This document shows positions 63,713-64,000 of a stretch of 64,000 bases of DNA, one piece after another. The DNA comes from a virus (lineage: Duplodnaviria; Heunggongvirae; Uroviricota; Caudoviricetes): the IMG/VR virus record IMGVR_UViG_3300031088_000793; one strand, 5' to 3'. Made by a program: the position numbers and the translations under genes. The notes below the pieces were generated by a model that was not told the origin of the DNA, searched no databases, and worked only from the letters and a program-made list of their open reading frames with translations. How positions within the stretch are numbered: position 1 is the first letter of the stretch; every line of letters starts with the position of its first letter.

Positions 63713-64000
63713 ATGGCCACTCAGCTCTTCGCCACCTACACGCTCATCGCCGACATCGCCAAGAGCCTGAAGCTCTCGCTCGGCGGGATGGCCAAGGACG
63801 AGGGCTATGACCCGACCGCCACGCTGAAGCGCCTCCACCCCGAGCTCGCAGATGTCGAGGGTCTCAAGGGCCGGATCGAGGAGCTGCGCGGGGAGTTCTT
63901 CGAGAACTTCTACGACGGCATCTCGCGGCTCGAGGCCTCCGAGTACATCGCCGTCAAGCTCATCGAGGCACTCCCCGCCGAGACCGTCGCAGCCGCCTGA
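63713..64000 (+). CDS. hypothetical protein
   Basis: Start refined to MATQLF (GGAGG RBS); promoter TTGCGC-17-TAGGTT at 63641-63669. Confidence 0.7.
   Translation: MATQLFATYTLIADIAKSLKLSLGGMAKDEGYDPTATLKRLHPELADVEGLKGRIEELRGEFFENFYDGISRLEASEYIAVKLIEALPAETVAAA

Overview
High-GC, densely packed window of about 110 mostly small, orphan-like genes. It reads as the accessory/early region of a large (probably jumbo) actinobacteriophage. This is an inference: no capsid, terminase, polymerase, integrase, tRNA, rRNA or CRISPR array is visible, so a megaplasmid is not excluded. Genes run mainly on the minus strand to about 51.25 kb, with a plus-strand island at 15.3-19.2 kb, and mainly on the plus strand after that. 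Recognisable products are NadE, a PNK-type kinase domain, a Ter-type ATP-grasp enzyme, a class II aminoacyl-tRNA-synthetase-like core coupled to a MazG-like protein, a SipW-LamG fusion with a TasA-like substrate, several lipoproteins, a GNAT-like protein and DUF4031. Much of the rest is tandem paralog arrays and single-gene cassettes driven by sigmaA-type promoters making leaderless mRNAs. The best candidate for a novel system is at 24.5-29.3 kb. It consists of four tandem cassettes, each with a promoter, a conserved ~170-nt RNA (covarying stems, a 7-bp kissing loop and a second pseudoknot) and a paralogous protein with a conserved basic helical N-terminus and a degenerate FtsK-like core. All family assignments come from motif recognition by eye; no database searches were run.
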